Assembly (NCBI GenBank): GCA_009937625.1 | Contig: JAACFA010000029.1 | Coordinates: 1-51,522, forward strand | Length of the DNA stretch: 51,522 nt | Direction: 5' to 3' | DNA from: Gammaproteobacteria bacterium | Lineage (GTDB): Bacteria; Pseudomonadota; Gammaproteobacteria; GCA-001735895 | Part shown: positions 1-9,370 of the stretch, piece by piece | How the letters are laid out: each line of letters opens with the position of its first letter | How positions within the stretch are numbered: position 1 is the first letter of the stretch | Program-made: the position numbers and the translations under genes | Notes under the pieces: generated by a model | What the model was told of the DNA's origin: nothing | The model's input: the letters and a program-made list of their open reading frames with translations, nothing else | Databases searched by the model: none

Positions 1-229
1 TATCGTTGATAAAGCTGATCTCACTGCTGGCCTGGTAGGTGCTCATCAGGGCCTCGATGCGGCGCATCTCGGCGAAGGCTTTTGCGCTGCAGTCGGTTGC
101 GACGACGGCTTCAGGATGCCAGAGCTCAAGCGAGGCGCGGGTACCCATGATATCGCGCTGTTGCTGATACCACTCGGCATGCAGCAGGGAGGATTGAATC
201 AGAAGCGCCAGCAGCAGCACGCCCCTCAT
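1..229 (-). CDS. apbE: FAD:protein FMN transferase (ApbE), N-terminal part; the gene runs off the left edge of the window
   Basis: Not in the ORF track because there is no stop in the window. Hand translation of the minus strand from ATG 229..227 gives MRGVLLLALLIQSSLLHAEWYQQQRDIMGTRASLELWHPEAVVATDCSAKAFAEMRRIEALMSTYQASSEISFIND... This shows a signal peptide, then the MGT and MS.Y...SE.S..N motifs I associate with ApbE N-termini. Confidence 0.6.
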   Translation of the reverse strand, partial: MRGVLLLALLIQSSLLHAEWYQQQRDIMGTRASLELWHPEAVVATDCSAKAFAEMRRIEALMSTYQASSEISFIND

Positions 230-296
230 TCGAAAAGGGAGAAGCCAGTCGCGCAAAATTTCGACTCGTTTCGACGTCAAGTAATGACGAGTACGC

Positions 297-1976
297 CTAA
301 ACTCTGATGTTTCCGAACGATATATAGCTATCCAGGTTGTTGCCGAGCCCGTGGTTGGGGAACGCGGTGGTAAACGCCGTCGTGTTGCCCGGTGAAACCA
401 TGCCATTAGCGGCCATGTAGTTTAGCATGATCATGTTGACCAGCAAATTGATGTTGTTGGCCGCGGGTGACGAGCTGGTCACCACCGATGCGCCCGCGTT
501 CATGTAGCCGATCTGCCGGCTGCCGACCAGGTTCGGCGGACTATTCGGATTGTAAACCAGGAAGAACGAGCAGGCCGTGGACGAGTTGTCGCCGGTCCAT
601 TCGCCTTTGCCGCCGCCGCCGACAGTGAGGTTGTTGTTGCCGTCGGTACCGCCGTTTGGCGCCGCGGAATCGTCGAGCCGGCCGTTGCTCGCGACCGAGC
701 CGTCGCTGAACACGTATATCATCAGGGGTTCGCCTTTCAATGCGGCGTACTGCAGGCAGGCGCCGATGCAGCGTCCGGCGCGCAGATCGCGGTTTTCGCC
801 GGCGATGCGATCGCCGGTGTGATAATCGTACCCGCCCATGGTGACACAGCCGCCGATGGCATAGCGGTTAACGACCATTTTCATGACCGAGGCGGTCTTG
901 CGGAACTCGCGGTCGTTTGCCAGCTCGGCTGCGCTGAACGGCGCCAGCGGGTTACCGGGAACGAGGCCCGGGGGAGAAGTAACATCGCGATTGATTAGCG
1001 GGTCGCCCAACGGATCGACCGGGACACCCGCAAACTCACTAGCGATGTCGGCAGCTTTCAAGTAGCCGCAGCGTACCATGTCCTTGATGATGTCGTCGTT
1101 GCTAAGCCCGGTAGCGACACCGGCTTTCATCTTATAATGCGATACACGCGCCATCGACTCCATCACCGCGGTGACATCGTTGGGGCCGAGGATGGAGGTC
1201 AGGTCGCCGACGTCTACCATGCCGGTGACGTCGGTTGGCTGGTCCACCTTGGTTGGCTGGAATTCGGGGTTGATGTACATCGCCGGCGCCATCGAGTTAC
1301 CACCTGAAACGCTCGAGCGAGAACCGATCAGATCGACAACCTCGCCACGAACGCTAGGGTCGGTCATGACCAGCGCGTAGAGCGGATTGTGCGGGTTGTT
1401 GCCGGTGTCATTGTCGGACCGGGCCGGAATGACGGCGCCGTCGACATTGCCGATTGCGCTACCCGCCTTTTCGCGAATACCCAACAACAGCGGGCTGTCG
1501 GCGTGGAAGGCCAGGTTCAATTCGCGATTGATGTAGTCGTTATTTGCGCTAGGATTCAACAGTGTTTCGGTTTGTGTTTGTCCGGGCAGCATGTCGCCCG
1601 GCAGCCCGAGCTTGCTGTAACCCGCGGTCGAAAGAAAATCCTCTTGCCCACCCGAATCCCCGACCAGCACGTTAGAGCCTGCGAAATTGGCGCCGCCGGC
1701 CAGGTCGAAACAGATGAAGGGCACGTTCGTGCCGCCTCCGCCACTCAGCGTGCAGCCCGGCAACGCGCCTACCAGGTCATCGAGATCCGGCGATAGCGCC
1801 GCGTAGGCGTCCCGGGGGTTGGCGAACAGGCTCAGCACACCACCGGTCAGCAGCGAGGCGCCGCCAGCGGTGAAGCCCTGGCGAACGAACTGGCGCCGGG
1901 ACATCGGCTTGCCGTGATCCTCGTGCAGCAGGGGAGCGTCGGGATGTACTGACTGTTTTTTCTTGAATCTGGCCAT
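297..1976 (-). CDS. Tat-exported protein of unknown function, distantly DUF1501 / alkaline-phosphatase-superfamily-like
   Basis: Track ORF 297..2030. I prefer the internal ATG at 1976 (MARFKKKQ...) because it clears the stop of the upstream gene at 1988. It has a twin-arginine motif (SRRQFVRQGF), a hydrophobic stretch and an AYA-type cleavage site. MGGYDYHTGDR resembles the GGWDTH motif I recall from DUF1501. Confidence 0.7.
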   Translation of the reverse strand: MARFKKKQSVHPDAPLLHEDHGKPMSRRQFVRQGFTAGGASLLTGGVLSLFANPRDAYAALSPDLDDLVGALPGCTLSGGGGTNVPFICFDLAGGANFAGSNVLVGDSGGQEDFLSTAGYSKLGLPGDMLPGQTQTETLLNPSANNDYINRELNLAFHADSPLLLGIREKAGSAIGNVDGAVIPARSDNDTGNNPHNPLYALVMTDPSVRGEVVDLIGSRSSVSGGNSMAPAMYINPEFQPTKVDQPTDVTGMVDVGDLTSILGPNDVTAVMESMARVSHYKMKAGVATGLSNDDIIKDMVRCGYLKAADIASEFAGVPVDPLGDPLINRDVTSPPGLVPGNPLAPFSAAELANDREFRKTASVMKMVVNRYAIGGCVTMGGYDYHTGDRIAGENRDLRAGRCIGACLQYAALKGEPLMIYVFSDGSVASNGRLDDSAAPNGGTDGNNNLTVGGGGKGEWTGDNSSTACSFFLVYNPNSPPNLVGSRQIGYMNAGASVVTSSSPAANNINLLVNMIMLNYMAANGMVSPGNTTAFTTAFPNHGLGNNLDSYISFGNIRV

Positions 1977-1987
1977 GATTTCGAATC

Positions 1988-4645
1988 CTATTGTACGATC
2001 ATTACGGCGGCGCCAGTTGCGGCGGCACAAACTGCCTTCACGATTTGCTCGGTTCTCTCGACCGGGTCGCAGCTTGTCGCCGGTGGAATTATCGGGCAGG
2101 AAGCCATCATCTGGGTGATCAGGCTGTCGTATTGAGTATCGACAAAGCCCGGATCGAGGGCTTGTGCCGACGTCGCACCCAGAATATTAGAAATTTCAAT
2201 ATCCGCAGGTTGCGTTGACAGACCCAGCGGTGAGTTGGTGACCGCTTCCAAAACCCGATCGATGATGGCGGCTCGCTGAGCAGGAGCGAATGCGGTCAGG
2301 TAATCGGTACCGAAACCGGCGAAGCTCGGGAAGTAACTCGCCGGGGTGATCGAACCGTTGCCGTCGACCAGCTCGCTGCACGAGGTCAGCGCGAGCTGCG
2401 CAACCGCCATCTGGTGCGACGGCAGGAAGGCGTCGATAGCCTCGGTCGACGGTAACTGCTGGACATAGTCGCTATAGACACCAGCGACCGCGGGATTGGT
2501 TACGGACACGCCGGTGATCTCGGCGATGGTCGTGTTGATTTCCTCGAAGGTGCGTACGCCGATATCTGATTCTACCGGGCTTCCGGGATTAGCCGGATCG
2601 GCTGGAACTGTCGGCACAATTTCGGAAAATGCGTTAGTCACGCCATTGAAGTCCTCGAAAGTCAGGAAGAACTCGTCGCTGTCGGGGCCTTTCTCGAGTG
2701 CGATAATGGTACCCTTTGAGGACAGTTCCTGGCCGGTCGCAGGATCATATGTGGCGGCGACAACGCTAGTGTCGAGGTTGGCATAAGACTGCCCTGCCAG
2801 CGCCTCCTTGCCGTTGATGCCAATCCGCAGGCCCTTGATATTTATGTCCGCGCCTGGAGTGCTGCCATCGAGGGTGACAAACGTGGGTTTGTTGAACAGG
2901 TAACTGTAGCTGTCGAACTGTGCCACCTCGAACATGATGAAGCTCTGAGGGTTCCCCACTTCGCCCAGGTGATGGCCAACGTAAAACAGCAGGAAGAATT
3001 TCTGGCCGACGCCAACATCGAAGTTTTGCTGAATCTGGGCCTGGGTCAGCGGCTGGTTATGAATCGCGACCATTTTTACCTGGCCCATCCACGGCCGCGC
3101 ACCCGAGGTTTCGTTGCCGAGGAGAAAGGCGAAGGTATCGTCCCAGACATTGGCGATGGTTGGGCCGGGTCCTACTGGATCGGCGGCATTAACCAGCTGG
3201 CCGTTAACGTAAATGCTGCGAGGATTCGGTTCTAGCGGGTCATAGTTCACGACCACGTGCTGCAGGCTGGCCTGCGCCAGCTCTTCACCACTGTCTCCGG
3301 TCGTCAGAGCAGGGTCGCCATTGGGTGCAGGGTTCGGCACGTCGAGACGATTGTAGGCCTCGTAGTTGTACATGTCCTGGCCGAGCGTGAAGTTACGCTG
3401 GGTATCGCCACCCGAGTAGCTGACGATATTAGCGTCTTCCTGGGTTACGTTGGCCGGAATCACCCAGGCTTCGATCGCATATTTACCGGTTTCCTGGATG
3501 TAGGTATAGAGCTTGTCACTGCTAATGGTGTCAGCCTGCGCGCGGCCGCCGGTAAATTCGAGGCCGTATCCGCCAACCCAGTTGACGCTGCCGATCAGCG
3601 ACAGGTTGATAGCCGGATCGACACCACTGGTATCGAAGGCGGTCAGGCCGCTGCCGATTTTGAACTCCCACAGTGCGAACTGGTCAGTTTCATGCCGGTT
3701 GCCTCCGGAAGCGATAATACCTTCGCCCAGGGTCAACGCCATGCTGGTAACCAGGTTCGAGTCGATCGAGGTCGCCGTAATTCCGCTAGCGAAGGCAGCA
3801 ATCCTGTCTCTCATCAGGCGGGCGTCGGTGCCGGCCTCAAATTGATCCGTACCGCAATTGGACCAGCAGTTATGTTGTTCCGCGATCAGTTTTTGTACAA
3901 AGCGCGAGCTGTCCGGCGCATCGATGTCCATCTTCGGTTTAGCGGCCTCGTAGGCAGCGTTCAGATCACCGCTGGCAAAGAAGGGTGCCTGCGCGAGTCC
4001 CGCCGAGTTTTCGTCGTGGCATTCCTGGCAGTTCCCATCGGCGATAAACGGATCAGTACCCACCAGCAAGGGATAAACCGTAGCCGCGAAGGCAGCCGGA
4101 TCGACTGGAAAGGATCTGGAGTCACCCGGATTCCGAATGCTGGCCGGAGCGATTAGGTTGATCTCTCGCGCGGCAACACCGCCACTCGATGCATTGATCC
4201 AGTCATCGATCCAGCCGGCAATCAGGGTGCCGCAGACCGAGGATACGCTCTCCCAGCAAAAGTGGCCGTTATTGAGTTTGTCGACAATTTCGGAATTCAG
4301 CGGGTTTGCCAGGTCGATCTTCGGCGAAGGTGGATTAGTCATCAACTCGTCATAAGCTACGTTGACATTGGCGGTATCGAAGAAAAACGGCGATACCGGG
4401 GAAGATGCCTGCGAGTTGTGACATCCGCCGCAACGGCTGTCTTCGATTACATTGCGCCACAGGTAATACTGAAAATTAGCGACATCGATGCTGCGCGCCG
4501 CGGGACCGCTGTAGAAAAACCCCGTAGCGGCTATGCTTGTATCCGGGTTGGAACTCGTGCCGACGCTACCCGTATCGCAAGCCGACAGTAGAGCGCCAAA
4601 CGCGAGTACACAAATCTTGTTTAGAAAAGAGCGATATTTTGTCAT
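1988..4645 (-). CDS. Lipoprotein with two CXXCH haem-attachment motifs (duplicated N-terminal module) and a LamG/concanavalin-like region
   Basis: Track ORF 1988..4651. ATG at 4645 is preceded by GGGAG and lies 2 nt after the stop of the upstream gene. Lipobox LLSAC. Motifs CGGCH and CQECH. The middle region (NFTLGQDMYNYEAYNR... WMGQVKMVAIHNQPLTQAQIQQNF) looks LamG-like. Confidence 0.75.
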   Translation of the reverse strand: MTKYRSFLNKICVLAFGALLSACDTGSVGTSSNPDTSIAATGFFYSGPAARSIDVANFQYYLWRNVIEDSRCGGCHNSQASSPVSPFFFDTANVNVAYDELMTNPPSPKIDLANPLNSEIVDKLNNGHFCWESVSSVCGTLIAGWIDDWINASSGGVAAREINLIAPASIRNPGDSRSFPVDPAAFAATVYPLLVGTDPFIADGNCQECHDENSAGLAQAPFFASGDLNAAYEAAKPKMDIDAPDSSRFVQKLIAEQHNCWSNCGTDQFEAGTDARLMRDRIAAFASGITATSIDSNLVTSMALTLGEGIIASGGNRHETDQFALWEFKIGSGLTAFDTSGVDPAINLSLIGSVNWVGGYGLEFTGGRAQADTISSDKLYTYIQETGKYAIEAWVIPANVTQEDANIVSYSGGDTQRNFTLGQDMYNYEAYNRLDVPNPAPNGDPALTTGDSGEELAQASLQHVVVNYDPLEPNPRSIYVNGQLVNAADPVGPGPTIANVWDDTFAFLLGNETSGARPWMGQVKMVAIHNQPLTQAQIQQNFDVGVGQKFFLLFYVGHHLGEVGNPQSFIMFEVAQFDSYSYLFNKPTFVTLDGSTPGADINIKGLRIGINGKEALAGQSYANLDTSVVAATYDPATGQELSSKGTIIALEKGPDSDEFFLTFEDFNGVTNAFSEIVPTVPADPANPGSPVESDIGVRTFEEINTTIAEITGVSVTNPAVAGVYSDYVQQLPSTEAIDAFLPSHQMAVAQLALTSCSELVDGNGSITPASYFPSFAGFGTDYLTAFAPAQRAAIIDRVLEAVTNSPLGLSTQPADIEISNILGATSAQALDPGFVDTQYDSLITQMMASCPIIPPATSCDPVERTEQIVKAVCAAATGAAVMIVQ

Positions 4646-4647
4646 GA

Positions 4648-6039
4648 TCAACTCCCTTTGCAGTAAGCCGCGACTTCGGTGAAGACTTCGCGCATGTTGT
4701 AACCGCTGCCAACGAAGTTGGAGACGAACCCGTCACGGGCGCTGCGGTCGGCTGACATTACATTGGGATCGCGCAGGCAAACCGCCTCGAAGGCTTTATC
4801 GACCTGGCACTGCGCGAAGGCCTTGCTGTTGGCGAGTTCGACTCCGAGGGAGCTGGCGCCAGTACCGATAGCGTTACCTTTGGCGTCTAGCGTTTCTCCG
4901 GGATGACCCCATCCCAGCGTGCCGGCCGGATGGACGTTGGGAGGTGCGGTCGGAGGGCGAACACCGAGTTTCGAATTTGGGCCGTTGCGCCAGTAGTTGA
5001 TCCAGCTGTCGTCGGTGACCGCATGCCCATACTCGAAGTTGTTGGCGTTGATATTGTGCTTCAACGAAACATCGTCGGGAATCCCATCGGCCAGCCCATC
5101 GTCGCCGAACAGCGGACTGGTGGTCGCGGCATACAGCATGATACCGTCGTCCGGATCTTGCGGATCTTGCGTGTCCCATTCGTACTTGGCGAAAGCACCG
5201 GCCATGCCGTCCATGCCGGCGTGGCAGCCAACGCAGCCGTTCATGTAGAGGCGGCTATCGCCGCCCGGGCTGCGCGATACGTCGCGGCGCACATAATCTG
5301 GAGCTCGCGAGACGTCCTTGATCGGCTCCAGGTCAGTGCACAAATGATTCATCAGGGTGAAGCGGAACATCGCGCGATTGGTGCCGGCGGAGAAAAACGC
5401 CTTGGCTCCGGCGCGGCTGGTCATGATTCCGGCCGCGGGGATGCCGGGCCTGACCGAGGACTGGGTTCGTGGTACCAGAATTGATTGATCAGCGAGGTTA
5501 CCCGCTGACTTTGGATCTAAAGCCTCGAGCGCTTCGTAGTGAGCATTGCTGTCGTTGGCATAACCGGGAGTAATACCATCGCCAAGATAGAGCAGATCGT
5601 CGTAAAGAATGCGTCGAAAATCGATCTCGTCACGTATTGCGCCGACTATGGTTGCGCTGTAATCGTTTAACGGGGCAAAGACGGTCTGCTCCTCGTTGGT
5701 CCAGGGAGCTGCGAAATTTTTCAACGTGACATTGTAAAACGCGTACGCGTTTGGATTACCCGCATCAGGGTTGTGCTGCGTCGTGTCGATAGCGTAACGT
5801 GCGGCGTTTTCGCCAGTTCCATCGCAAGGGTAGCCCGGTGTTTCGGGTAAACTGCAGTCGAGGGTGGCTTCCATGGCGTCGATAACGGCGTTGGTCGCGC
5901 TAATCCCGGTAAGTCGATCGTGGATTCGCTTGGCCATGGCGCGTTCTGCATCACCTGCCCAGATCGATTGGGTTGCCATCATCGCCAGCAACGCCGGCAA
6001 TACCAATATTTTCGTCTTCATTCCCATGGATTTCCCCAT
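4648..6039 (-). CDS. Exported protein with a single CXXCH motif (DUF1588-like CxxCH..D..G signature), function unknown
   Basis: 463-aa ORF. AGGAGAAA lies immediately upstream of ATG 6039. Signal peptide KILVLPALLAMMATQSIWA. CVGCHAGMDGMAGAFAKYEW resembles the CxxCHxxxDPxG motif I recall from DUF1588-type proteins. Confidence 0.75.
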   Translation of the reverse strand: MGKSMGMKTKILVLPALLAMMATQSIWAGDAERAMAKRIHDRLTGISATNAVIDAMEATLDCSLPETPGYPCDGTGENAARYAIDTTQHNPDAGNPNAYAFYNVTLKNFAAPWTNEEQTVFAPLNDYSATIVGAIRDEIDFRRILYDDLLYLGDGITPGYANDSNAHYEALEALDPKSAGNLADQSILVPRTQSSVRPGIPAAGIMTSRAGAKAFFSAGTNRAMFRFTLMNHLCTDLEPIKDVSRAPDYVRRDVSRSPGGDSRLYMNGCVGCHAGMDGMAGAFAKYEWDTQDPQDPDDGIMLYAATTSPLFGDDGLADGIPDDVSLKHNINANNFEYGHAVTDDSWINYWRNGPNSKLGVRPPTAPPNVHPAGTLGWGHPGETLDAKGNAIGTGASSLGVELANSKAFAQCQVDKAFEAVCLRDPNVMSADRSARDGFVSNFVGSGYNMREVFTEVAAYCKGS

Positions 6040-6183
6040 TTTCTCCTGGTTGTCGCTGCTATCGAAGTCCCAGTCATTAAAACTACATGACCATGAAACC
6101 TAGCACAGTGGTAACAGGCCTACGTAACTAAGACCGCGGGAATATTTCACTTTATCGAAAATACCCCTGATCGATACCCTTTA

Positions 6184-6220
6184 AGCTGATATAAATATTT
6201 CAGCTATAAATGTTTCAGCT
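6184..6220. promoter_or_regulatory. Operator-like repeat cluster in the divergent intergenic region
   Basis: AGCTGA-N10-TCAGCT inverted repeat (6184-6205) overlapping a tandem 15-mer ATAAATATTTCAGCT / ATAAATGTTTCAGCT (6191-6220). It lies in an AT-rich 397-bp gap between divergently transcribed operons. Confidence 0.35.
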
Positions 6221-6436
6221 CTAACCCGATCTGTTTTAATAATCCATACAAAATCCTTAGGTAAGTTTACGAGAGTGGGATGGACTTCCGTATACCGTCT
6301 GTAAGGAAAAAAGGGCGTTCTGTCCGAATTCGGAAGCAGGAGCCACAGGGTCGAAGTTACACTAAAGTCCAGTGCTGGAGCGGCTTTCGCGGAGATTTCT
6401 CGAAGATAAGGTATTACCGAACCAAACATTTAGATT

Positions 6437-9319
6437 ATGAAAATACAGGCCCTAGATTTTGAAAACTCGCGCATGCAATCCATAACAAAGTGGATTAGGC
6501 TGACGTTTTTATGCGTGGCGATTCTGATGCTCGGCGCCTGCGATTCGGGCTCGTCAGGGGATGGCGGAATCGATCCCGGCATCCTCGAAATTCCGGTCGC
6601 GTTTATCAAACGCCCGGTACCGGTCGATGACATGGGTGACGACGAGAACATCGATTTGCGCGAACCGCGGCTGTTCATGGCTGGCGGCGATGTCTACCTG
6701 CGAACCAGCAGCGCCAGCGATGCCACCGTGACTAATATTACGAGCTCGGTGACCAACGGCATTGGCGACGTGAAAGGGCTGAATTCGAACCATGACGGCA
6801 CCAAGCTTATATTTTCGCTGCGACTGTTCGACCCCGACCCGAACAATCCGCCTTTTCCGACCTGGAATGTTTATGAGTATGATCTCGAAACCTCTCAGTT
6901 GCGCCGGATCATATCGAGTGCGACGATTGCCGAGCAGGGCGATGATCTCTACCCGAGTTATCTGCCCGATGGTCGTATTGTGTTTACGTCGAACCGGCAG
7001 AAGCAATCGCAGGAATTGCTGAACAACGAGGGTAGGACGAGATATGCGGCCCTTGACGAGGACGAGGGTGTCAAGGCGCTCGTGTTGCACGTGATGGATG
7101 CCACCGGCGACCCGCTGAGTATCCGCCAGATATCGTTCAACCAGAGTCACGATCTTTATCCGCAGGTGCTAACCCATTACCAGGATGGGCGCATCGTTTT
7201 CAGCCGCTGGGATAATGCCGCCGGCAACAACGAAGTCAATATTTACACCGCGAATCCTGACGGCAGCGACCTGGAAATCCTGTACGGTTCGCAAAGCCAT
7301 GCGACCGGCACCGGTGGCGCTAATATCCAGTTCACCAACTTCCGTGAGATGGAAAACGGGGATTTGATGGTGATCACCAGGCCCTTCGACGGCACTTTTG
7401 GCGGTGGCGCTATCGAGATCATCAGCGTTGATCGGTTCGTGGATAACCAAAAGTCGATCTGGCCATTGAATGACCCGGGTCCGGCGCAAAGGCGCGCCAC
7501 GGTCTCTAACGTCAACAACTCCGGCTCGCTCTCGCTTACTGGGCGCTACAATTCTGCGTTTCCGCTATGGGACGGCTCGAATCGCATGCTGGTCACCAAA
7601 TCCACCTGCCGGCTTCTCGATGCGAATAACGTGCAAAGACCTTGCATCGATCCTTACCTGGATGATCTCGGGGCCGGGTCTGTGGAAAAATCACCGGCCT
7701 ACGGTATCTGGCTCTACGACAGGGATGAGGATACGCAAAGACCCGTCGTGCTGGCGGAACAGGGCATGGTCATGACCGATGTCGTTACGCTGCAAAATCG
7801 AACCCGTGCTCCGATTATTTTCGACAAGAAGCTGGTCGGTCAGCTTGATACGGATTGGGAGCGTGACCAGGTCGGTGTCGTCAATATCAAGAGCGTTTAC
7901 GATATGGGCGACGGAACTTTCGACAGGTGTTTCTTTAACCTGTGCAACAGTGACCCCACAATCACCTCGGTACAGGATTTTGCCGACCCGGCGAAGGCGA
8001 TTGCGGACGAAAGGCCGGCGCGCTTCGTGCGTTTCATCAAGCCGGTCGGTATTCCCGATCCTGACGATCCGGCGCTGGTCAACCCGCCGGACCTCGATAA
8101 TAATGCTTTCGGCCCGCAACGTAACCGGGGCATGCGCGAAATTGTCGGATACGCGCCAGTCGAGCCCGACGGTTCGGTCAAGGTCAAGGTGCCTGCCAAT
8201 ACCCCGCTCGCGGTCGAGGTTCTCGATGGTGAGGGGCGCCGCATCGGCCCGCGGCACGACAATTGGTTCCAGGTGTTGCCGGGCGATACGCTTACCTGTG
8301 CTGGCTGTCACGATCCGAATGACGGCAGCCCGGACGTGCATGCGCGCAGCGATGGCGATGCGCCATCGATCAATAGCGGCGTAGCCGGCGGTCCACTCGT
8401 GAACACGCTAATCCAGGGGACCGCTGCACCGAATCCCTATATCGGGGCTCCGGGTCAGACCCTGGCGGAAGTGCGATTCGACAGTTACGCGCTTGCCATA
8501 CCCGTGCCTCCGGAACCGCCGGCGATCGAGCCAGAGCTGAGCGCCGATTTGATTTACGTCGATTACTGGACCGATGATCCGGGCGTACGTCCGAAAGACG
8601 CTTTTTACATGTATGATTATGCATCGCTCGCTCCGACACCGCTCGCTCCTAATACCAATCCTCCGATATTGCCGCCGACCAATACGTTTTGCGCGCCCTG
8701 GGAGTATCGATGCCGGGTGACGATTAACTATGCGGAACATATCCACGCGATCTTCCAGCTCGATCGCGATCTGAACAACGTTGACGATTTCACGCCGCTG
8801 GCGCCGGCCAATCCGCTAGCAAGCGATTCGACCAATACCCCGCTAGTGGTGGATACGGTGAATCTGGATGGTGTAGGTGATGAGACCTGCGTCAGCTGTC
8901 ACACCACCACTACCGCCAACGGCACCCAGGTGCCCTATGGTCAGCTCGACTTGACCACTGATCCTAACCCGGATCCGAACGATCGCTTCAGGTCGTTCCA
9001 GGAAATGTTCAATACCCGGCAGGGTCGATTCTTCGACGGCATGAACCTGCAAATCTTTACCGTACCCGACGGGATGGGCGGTAGTATTCCAGATCCCGCG
9101 GCACAGATCGCCCCGATCATGACAGCGGCCGGTGCTCGCAACAGTTATTTCATCGAGAAAATGACGTCGACCGAACTGGATGCGGGTCGCGCGATCAGCG
9201 GGACGGTGGATCATTCGGGCATGCTTACGGATGCCGAGTTGAAAATGATCAGTGAGTGGATCGATCTCGGTGCGCAAAATTTTAACAACCCATTTGACCC
9301 GGCAGCGCCACAAAACTGA
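6437..9319 (+). CDS. Lipoprotein with an N-terminal PD40/TolB-like beta-propeller and a C-terminal region carrying two CXXCH motifs
   Basis: 960-aa ORF with lipobox LMLGAC. PD40-like repeats: DGTKLIFSLR, YLPDGRIVFTSNR, HYQDGRIVFSRWD, ANPDGSDLEILY. CAGCHD and CVSCHT motifs in the C-terminal half. The start could also be M13 (6473). Confidence 0.75.
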   Translation: MKIQALDFENSRMQSITKWIRLTFLCVAILMLGACDSGSSGDGGIDPGILEIPVAFIKRPVPVDDMGDDENIDLREPRLFMAGGDVYLRTSSASDATVTNITSSVTNGIGDVKGLNSNHDGTKLIFSLRLFDPDPNNPPFPTWNVYEYDLETSQLRRIISSATIAEQGDDLYPSYLPDGRIVFTSNRQKQSQELLNNEGRTRYAALDEDEGVKALVLHVMDATGDPLSIRQISFNQSHDLYPQVLTHYQDGRIVFSRWDNAAGNNEVNIYTANPDGSDLEILYGSQSHATGTGGANIQFTNFREMENGDLMVITRPFDGTFGGGAIEIISVDRFVDNQKSIWPLNDPGPAQRRATVSNVNNSGSLSLTGRYNSAFPLWDGSNRMLVTKSTCRLLDANNVQRPCIDPYLDDLGAGSVEKSPAYGIWLYDRDEDTQRPVVLAEQGMVMTDVVTLQNRTRAPIIFDKKLVGQLDTDWERDQVGVVNIKSVYDMGDGTFDRCFFNLCNSDPTITSVQDFADPAKAIADERPARFVRFIKPVGIPDPDDPALVNPPDLDNNAFGPQRNRGMREIVGYAPVEPDGSVKVKVPANTPLAVEVLDGEGRRIGPRHDNWFQVLPGDTLTCAGCHDPNDGSPDVHARSDGDAPSINSGVAGGPLVNTLIQGTAAPNPYIGAPGQTLAEVRFDSYALAIPVPPEPPAIEPELSADLIYVDYWTDDPGVRPKDAFYMYDYASLAPTPLAPNTNPPILPPTNTFCAPWEYRCRVTINYAEHIHAIFQLDRDLNNVDDFTPLAPANPLASDSTNTPLVVDTVNLDGVGDETCVSCHTTTTANGTQVPYGQLDLTTDPNPDPNDRFRSFQEMFNTRQGRFFDGMNLQIFTVPDGMGGSIPDPAAQIAPIMTAAGARNSYFIEKMTSTELDAGRAISGTVDHSGMLTDAELKMISEWIDLGAQNFNNPFDPAAPQN

Positions 9320-9370
9320 ATTTCAAGCTAAACTCCTTTAGTGGCTCAACAATAATACGGGACTAAAAAC

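Noticed and set aside
116-307. 63-aa plus-strand ORF at the left edge
   Set aside because: It is antisense to the much better-supported ApbE N-terminus (minus strand, 1..229). It has no recognisable features.
6181-6462. Track ORFs 6181..6429(-) and 6280..6462(+) in the divergent intergenic region as small regulatory proteins
   Set aside because: They are AT-rich and mutually overlapping, with no RBS. The translations are basic and low-complexity, and one runs into the start of the 6437 gene. They are more likely non-coding promoter/operator DNA.
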